A stretch of 64,000 bases of DNA from the IMG/VR virus record IMGVR_UViG_3300021962_000022; one strand, written 5' to 3'. The notes below the pieces were generated by a model. That model made no database searches and was not told the DNA's origin. It saw nothing but the letters and a program-made list of their open reading frames with translations. Both the position numbers and the translations under genes were made by a program. Source of the DNA: a virus (lineage: Duplodnaviria > Caudoviricetes). Shown one piece after another: positions 12,101 through 21,100 of this stretch (positions are counted from its first letter, which is position 1; each line of letters opens with the position of its first letter).

Positions 12101-15100
12101 AGTAACTGATGAGGTAACTGATGGAGTCACTGAAGAAGTGACCGATGGGGTAATGGATGATGTTGGAGTAACAGATGGTGTAACTGATGGTGTTAGTGAT
12201 GGGGTTACTGAAGACGTTGGGGTTACAGATGGTGTAACACTCGGAGTTATGGAACTCGTTACTGACGGAGTCACTGAACTTGTTACCGACGGTGTTATTG
12301 ATGGTGTTGCCGATGGAGTAACAGAACTTGTCGGAGTTACTGAAGGAGTTACTGATGGTGTTACCGAACTTGTTACGGATGGAGTTACCGAACTTGTAAC
12401 AGACGGAGTAACTGACGATGTCACAGATGGCGTAACACTTGATGTTGGAGTTACTGATGGTGTTACCGAACTAGTAACAGATGGTGTAACTGAACTTGTA
12501 ACAGAAGGAGTAACTGAAGGTGTTCTTGACGGTGTTACAGATGGTGTAACTGATGATGTCGGGGTAACTGATGGAGTTACAGAACTAGTAACCGATGGAG
12601 TTACTGAAGATGTTGGAGTAACAGATGGTGTTACACTTGGTGTTACTGACGCGGTTACTGATGGAGTTACAGATGATGTAACTGATGGGGTAACCGAACT
12701 TGTTACCGAGGGTGTTACTGACGAAGTTGGTGTTACTGACGGAGTTACTGATGGTGTTATACTTGGAGTAACAGAACTTGTTGGGGTTACCGAAGCCGTA
12801 ACAGAAGGTGTTACTGAACTTGTTACCGAAGGTGTTACGGATGATGTTACAGATGGCGTTCTACTTGGTGTAATAGATGGTGTTACGGAACTAGTTGGGG
12901 TAACTGAAGGAGTTACGGATGGGGTAACAGAACTTGTCACCGAAGGTGTTACAGATGGTGTTACGGATGGAGTAACCGATGGTGTAACTGATGGTGTAAC
13001 AGACGAAGTTGGTGTCACAGAAGGTGTAACCGATGGAGTGACACTTGACGTTACTGACGGAGTCACTGAACTTGTTACCGACGGTGTTATTGATGGTGTA
13101 ATAGATGGTGTTACTGAACTAGTTGGGGTAACTGAAGGAGTCACGGATGGGGTTACAGAACTAGTGACAGATGGTGTTACTGAAGGGGTTACAGACGGAG
13201 TAACTGACGAGGTTACAGAAGGGGTTACACTTGATGTTGGAGTAACTGAAGCGGTAACTGACGGTGTTACGGATGGGGTAACAGAACTTGTTACCGAAGG
13301 TGTTACAGATGGTGTAACAGAAGGTGTTACAGAAGATGTTGGTGTAACAGATGGTGTTACTGAAGGTGTTACCGACGGTGTTACAGAACTAGTTGGTGTT
13401 ACTGATGGAGTTACTGAAGGTGTAACGGAACTAGTGACAGATGGTGTTACTGAAGGTGTTACTGATGCGGTTACCGATGGAGTAACTGAAGAAGTTGGTG
13501 TAATCGATGGTGTCACAGACGAAGTTACAGAAGGTGTAACAGAACTTGTTGGCGTTACACTCGGAGTTACTGATGGTGTTATCGAAGGTGTTACTGATGA
13601 TGTAACAGATGGAGTTATACTTGGTGTAACTGAACTTGTAACACTTGGAGTCACAGAACTTGTAGGGGTTACGGATGATGTAACGGAAGGTGTAACCGAT
13701 GGGGTAACTGATGATGTCACCGACGGAGTGATAGACGGAGTCACACTTGATGTCACCGATGGTGTAACTGAACTGGTGGGTGTTACTGACGGTGTAATCG
13801 ATGGTGTAACGGAAGGTGTTATAGAACTAGTTACTGAAGGTGTTACAGAAGGTGTTCTACTTGGTGTTACTGATGGAGTAACGGAACTTGTAGGAGTTAC
13901 CGACGAAGTAACAGAAGGAGTTACTGAACTTGTAACTGATGGAGTTACAGAAGGGGTTAAAGATGGTGTTACAGAACTAGTGACTGACGGTGTTACCGAT
14001 GAAGTTGGTGTTACCGAAGGTGTGACAGATGGAGTAACAGATGATGTCACGGATGGCGTAACGCTTGGGGTAACACTAGGTGTGACTGAAGGTGTTACGG
14101 ATGGGGTTACTGAACTTGTTGGTGTTACAGAAGGTGTGACAGATGGAGTAACAGATGGTGTAACCGATGATGTTACCGATGGAGTAACCGATGGAGTGAC
14201 AGAACTAGTGACTGATGGTGTTACACTCGAAGTAGGTGTTACCGATGGAGTAACTGATGGTGTAACTGAACTTGTAACGGAAGGTGTTACTGAAGGTGTA
14301 AGTGATGGGGTGACTGATGACGTAACTGAAGGAGTCACTGATGATGTTGGGGTAACAGATGATGTTACTGAAGGTGTTACAGAAGGAGTTATCGATGATG
14401 TAACCGATGGTGTTACCGAACTAGTAACAGAAGGGGTTACACTTGGTGTTACTGATGATGTCGGTGTAACACTTGGTGTTCTACTTGGGGTAACTGATGG
14501 AGTTACAGAACTTGTAGGTGTTACTGACGGTGTTAATGATGGCGTAACTGAACTTGTAACAGAAGGTGTAACAGATGGTGTTACCGAACTAGTAACTGAT
14601 GGAGTTACACTTGGAGTTACAGATGATGTGGGTGTTACAGAACTTGTAACCGATGGAGTTACAGAACTAGTGACTGACGGAGTAACCGATGGAGTAACGG
14701 ATGGTGTAACTGAACTCGTAACCGAAGGGGTCACTGAAGAAGTTGGGGTAACAGAGGGTGTTCTACTTGGGGTGATGGATGGGGTGATGGATGACGTAAC
14801 TGAGGGAGTGACACTCGGAGTAACCGATGAAGTCACTGAAGGTGTAACACTCGAAGTAGGTGTCACTGATGGTGTAACCGATGGTGTAACTGATGAAGTA
14901 GGTGTCACTGATGGTGTAACCGATGGTGTAACTGATGAAGTAGGTGTCACTGATGGTGTAACCGATGGTGTAACACTCGAAGTAGGTGTCACTGATGGTG
15001 TAACCGATGGTGTAACACTCGAAGTAGGTGTCACTGATGGTGTAACCGATGGTGTAACTGATGAAGTAGGTGTAACCGATGAAGTCACTGAAGGTGTAAC

Positions 15101-18100
15101 ACTCGAAGTAGGTGTCACTGATGGTGTCACTGATGGTGTAACCGATGGTGTAACTGATGAAGTAGGTGTAACCGATGAGGTAACTGACGGTGTAACAGAA
15201 CTAGTGACCGATGGAGTTACAGAACTTGTTACCGAAGGTGTAATCGAAGGAGTTACCGACGGTGTCACAGACGAAGTTGGTGTTACAGACGGAGTTACAC
15301 TTGGTGTTACAGACGGAGTTACAGACGAAGTTGGTGTTACAGACGGAGTTACACTTGGTGTTACAGACGGAGTTACACTCGATGTTACAGATGGAGTAAC
15401 AGATGGAGTGACAGAACTAGTAACTGATGGAGTCACACTCGATGTTGGGGTAACTGAAGGAGTCACGGATGGGGTAACAGAACTTGTTACCGAAGGTGTT
15501 ACTGACGAAGTTGGTGTTACGGATGGAGTTACCGAAGGGGTAACAGAACTTGTTACCGATGGTGTTACAGAACTAGTAACTGAAGGTGTTAATGATGGTG
15601 TTATTGATGGTGTAACTGATGGAGTGACGCTCGAAGTAGGGGTTACTGATGAGGTGACAGAAGGTGTTACCGAACTAGTAACTGATGGTGTAACTGATGG
15701 GGTTACTGAAGGTGTTACAGAACTAGTAACCGATGGTGTCACACTTGATGTTGGAGTTACTGATGGTGTTGTACTTGGTGTAAGTGATGGGGTTACCGAT
15801 GATGTAGGTGTTACTGAAGGTGTTACCGATGGAGTAACACTTGAAGTAACTGACGGTGTAACGGATGGTGTTACACTTGGGGTAACACTCGATGTTACAG
15901 ATGGGGTCACAGAACTAGTTGGTGTAACAGACGATGTAACCGACGGGGTTATAGAAGGTGTAACTGATGGGGTTACAGAACTAGTAACTGATGGGGTTAC
16001 AGAACTTGTTACACTTGGTGTTACTGATGAGGTTGGAGTCACCGACGGAGTAACCGAAGGAGTAATCGAAGGTGTTACTGAACTAGTTGGTGTGACAGAA
16101 GATGTAACTGATGGTGTAACAGAGGGTGTAACTGATGATGTTGGGGTTACTGATGAAGTTACCGATGGGGTAACAGAACTTGTTACTGAAGGAGTAACCG
16201 AAGAAGTTGGTGTTACGGATGGGGTGACCGAACTAGTGACAGAAGGTGTTACCGATGGAGTGACACTTGAAGTAACTGACGGTGTAACTGAACTACTTGG
16301 GGTAACACTTGGGGTTACTGATGAAGTTACCGATGGTGTAACACTCGATGTCGGAGTTACTGATGGAGTAACAGAACTTGTTACTGACGGAGTTACTGAT
16401 GGTGTAACAGAAGGAGTAACACTCGGAGTTACAGATGATGTAACAGATGGTGTTACTGAACTTGTAGGGGTTACTGAAGGTGTTAGTGAAGCGGTTACCG
16501 ATGGGGTAACTGAACTTGTTGGTGTTACCGATGCGGTAACGGAAGGTGTGATAGATGGAGTAACACTTGGTGTCACCGATGAGGTTACGGATGGGGTAAC
16601 TGATGGTGTTCTACTCGGTGTTACTGACGGTGTAACAGATGATGTTGGTGTTACGGATGGTGTTACACTTGGGGTTACAGATGGTGTTACCGAACTAGTT
16701 GCAGTAACCGAAGGAGTAACTGAAGGTGTTACCGAAGGTGTGACAGAACTTGTAGGAGTAACCGATGAGGTAACAGATGGGGTCACTGATGAAGTTACTG
16801 ATGGAGTAACGCTCGATGTTGGTGTTACTGAAGATGTTACACTTGGTGTTAAGGATGGTGTGACTGATGATGTTACTGAAGGAGTTACTGATGGTGTTAT
16901 ACTTGGGGTTACAGATGATGTAACGGAAGGTGTTACTGACGATGTTGGGGTTACGCTCGGAGTTACGGATGCGGTAATAGATGGTGTTACAGAACTAGTG
17001 ACAGATGGTGTAACACTTGGTGTAACCGATGAGGTAACAGATGGGGTAACTGAACTACTTGGTGTAACGCTTGGTGTCCTCGATGGGGTAATTGATGGTG
17101 TAACAGATGAAGTTGGTGTAACTGACGGAGTAATCGAACTTGTTACAGATGGAGTTATTGAACTTGTTACAGATGGAGTTACAGAACTTGTTACCGAAGG
17201 TGTTAATGATGGTGTTACGGAACTAGTTGGTGTTACTGATGGTGTAAGTGATGGTGTGACAGATGGTGTGATAGATGGTGTAACCGAATTAGTGACTGAT
17301 GGTGTAACGGATGGTGTTACGGAACTCGAAACTGAAGGTGTTAATGATGGTGTAACTGAAGGTGTTAATGACGCGGTTACGGACGGTGTTAAACTTGGTG
17401 TTACTGAAGGTGTTGGTGTACTTGTTGGCGTTGGTGATGGTAACATCGTATAATCAATGTCACATGAAGGTGCTGGTGTAGGGGTTACTGATGGTGTTAA
17501 AGACGGAGTAACCGATGGAGTTACAGAACTAGTTGGTGTAACGCTTGGTGTGACAGATGGAGTTACTGATGGGGTGACAGAACTAGTAATAGAAGGTGTT
17601 ACCGATGAGGTTACACTTGGTGTTACTGAACTTGTAGGTGTAATTGATGGTGTAACGGAACTAGTGACCGAAGGTGTAACCGATGGTGTAACGGAACTAG
17701 TTGGGGTGACTGACGGAGTTCTACTTGGTGTTAGTGATGGTGTAATAGAAGGAGTTACACTTGGAGTAACTGAACTTGTTGGAGTAACACTCGGGGTTAC
17801 AGATGATGTAACAGAAGGTGTTACTGAACTTGTGACAGAGGGTGTTACTGATGGGGTAACAGATGGTGTTACACTTGGTGTTACTGAACTTGTAGGGGTT
17901 ACTGATGGTGTTCTAGATGTCGTAACGGAAGGGGTTACGGAACTAGTTGGTGTTACGGAACTAGTAACAGATGGTGTAACCGACGGCGTTACTGAACTAG
18001 TAACTGACGGAGTAACACTTGGGGTTTCACTTGGAGTAACCGAAGGTGTTTCACTTGGTGTTATCGACGGTGTAACCGAACTAGTAGGTGTAACCGAAGG

Positions 18101-21100
18101 TGTTTCACTTGGAGTGATTGACGGTGTTACAGAACTAGTTAGAGTAATGGAAGGTGTTATACTTGGGGTTACCGATGATGTTACTGAGGGAGTTATAGAT
18201 GGGGTTATACTCGGTGTAACCGATGCGGTGACAGATGGTGTAACTGAACTCGTGGGTGTAACTGATGGAGTTACCGATGCGGTGACAGATGGTGTAACTG
18301 AACTAGTAACACTTGGAGTAACGGATGCTGTAACTGAAGGTGTTATACTTGGTGTAACAGAACTAGTTGGGGTTACAGATGGAGTTTCACTTGGTGTTAT
18401 CGACGGTGTTATACTTGGTGTAACAGACGCAGTAACTGATGGAGTTATACTTGGTGTAACAGACGCAGTAACAGATGGTGTTACCGAACTAGTGGGTGTA
18501 ACCGAAGGTGTTTCACTTGGAGTTATACTTGGTGTAACAGAACTAGTGACTGATGGTGTAACACTTGCGGTAACGGAAGGTGTCACTGATGGTGTAACCG
18601 ATGCGGTAACTGATGGTGTTATACTTGGTGTAACGGAACTAGTAACAGATGGTGTCACCGAAGGTGTAACAGATGATGTCGGTGTAACACTTGGTGTTTC
18701 ACTTGGAGTTATACTTGGTGTAACTGATGATGTCGGTGTAACACTTGGTGTTTCACTTGGAGTTATACTTGGTGTAACTGACGGAGTAACACTTGATGTT
18801 GGAGTTACAGATGGGGTTATACTTGGAGTTACCGATGCAGTAACCGACGGTGTAACCGAACTAGTTGGTGTAACAGATGGAGTTTCACTTGGTGTGATAC
18901 TTGGTGTAACGGAACTAGTAACAGATGGGGTTATACTTGGAGTTACCGATGCAGTAACCGACGGTGTTACTGAACTAGTTGGGGTTACAGATGGAGTTTC
19001 ACTTGGTGTTATCGACGGTGTTACGGAACTGGTTGGTGTAACTGAACTAGTAACACTAGGTGTTATACTTGGTGTAACTGAACTAGTAGGTGTAACACTT
19101 GGTGTAACGCTTGGTGTTACGGATGAAGTAACCGAAGGTGTAACTGAACTAGTCGGTGTAACACTTGGTGTTTCACTAGGTGTAACCGATGCGGTAACAG
19201 ATGGTGTTACTGAACTAGTAGGTGTAACACTTGGTGTTTCACTTGGTGTGATTGATGGTGTTATACTTGGTGTAACGGATGATGTTGGGGTTACAGATGG
19301 AGTTTCACTTGGAGTTATACTTGGAGTAACCGACGGTGTAACTGAACTAGTTGGTGTAACAGATGGAGTTTCACTTGGTGTGATACTTGGAGTTATACTT
19401 GGAGTAACTGATGATGTTGGTGTGATAGATGGTGTAACTGAACTAGTAACTGATGGAGTTACAGAACTTGTTGGGGTTATAGACGGAGTTTCACTAGGAG
19501 TGATTGACGGTGTTATACTTGGTGTAACTGATGAAGTAACAGATGGGGTTACTGATGGTGTTACTGAACTAGTGACACTTGGAGTAACTGAACTAGAGGG
19601 TGTAACCGAAGGTGTTGCACTTGGTGTTATACTTGGTGTAACTGATGATGTTGGTGTGACTGATGGAGTTACAGAACTAGTAACTGACGGAGTAACACTT
19701 GATGTTGGTGTAACACTTGGTGTTTCACTTGGAGTGATTGATGGTGTTATACTTGGTGTAACGGAACTAGTAACACTAGGTGTTATACTTGGTGTAACTG
19801 AACTAGTAACAGATGGTGTTACCGATGGTGTTTCACTTGGTGTTATACTTGGTGTAGCAGATGGTGTTACTGAACTAGTAGGTGTAACACTTGGTGTTTC
19901 ACTTGGTGTAACGGAACTAGTAACAGATGGTGTTATTGAAGGAGTTACAGAACTAGTGACTGATGGAGTTACTGAACTTGTCACACTTGGTGTAAGTGAT
20001 GGGGTAACAGAACTTGTTGGAGTTACGGAAGGTGTGATTGATGGTGTAACTGAAGGTGTTCTTGAGGGTGTTAAACTTGGTGTTACAGATGAACTTACAG
20101 ATGGAGTAACCGAACTTGTAACCGAAGGGGTTACGGAACTAGTTGGTGTTACGGAACTAGTAACAGATGGTGTTATTGAAGGAGTTACGGAAGGTGTTAA
20201 TGATGGTGTTACAGATGATGTTACAGAAGGGGTTACCGAAGGTGTTACAGAAGGTGTAACTGATGACGTTGGTGTTACGGAACTAGTAATCGATGGGGTT
20301 ACACTTGAAGTAACAGATGGTGTAACTGAACTAGTAACTGAAGGTGTTAATGATGGTGTTCTTGATGGTGTAACAGAAGGAGTTACGGATGAGGTTGGTG
20401 TAACCGATGAGGTAACCGATGGTGTAACCGAACTAGTAACTGAAGGGGTTACCGAGCTCGTTACTGATGGAGTAACACTTGAAGTTACAGAAGGAGTTAC
20501 GGAAGGTGTTATACTCGAGGTTGGGGTTACTGACGGTGTCAATGATGGTGTAACGGAACTAGTGACCGAAGGTGTAACCGATGGTGTAACTGATGGAGTG
20601 ACACTTGGTGTAATCGATGGGGTAACAGATGATGTTGGGGTGACTGACGGTGTTATACTTGGTGTAATTGATGGGGTTACCGATGATGTAGGTGTTACTG
20701 AAGGTGTTACCGATGGAGTGACACTTGAAGTAACTGACGGTGTAACGGATGGTGTTACACTTGGAGTCAATGAACTTGTAACTGATGGTGTTACAGATGA
20801 TGTCGGAGTTACTGATGGAGTAACAGAGGGTGTAACAGAACTAGTAACTGATGGTGTTACTGATGGTGTTAGTGATGGTGTAACTGAACTTGTAACAGAA
20901 GGTGTTACCGATGGTGTAACTGAACTAGTGACCGAAGGTGTAACCGATGGAGTTACAGACGAAGTTGGGGTTACACTTGGTGTGATTGACGGGGTAACCG
21001 AAGGGGTTACAGAACTAGTAACACTTGGAGTTACGGAACTGGTAACAGATGGTGTTACCGATGGAGTTACAGATGATGTTGGTGTTACTGAAGGGGTTAC

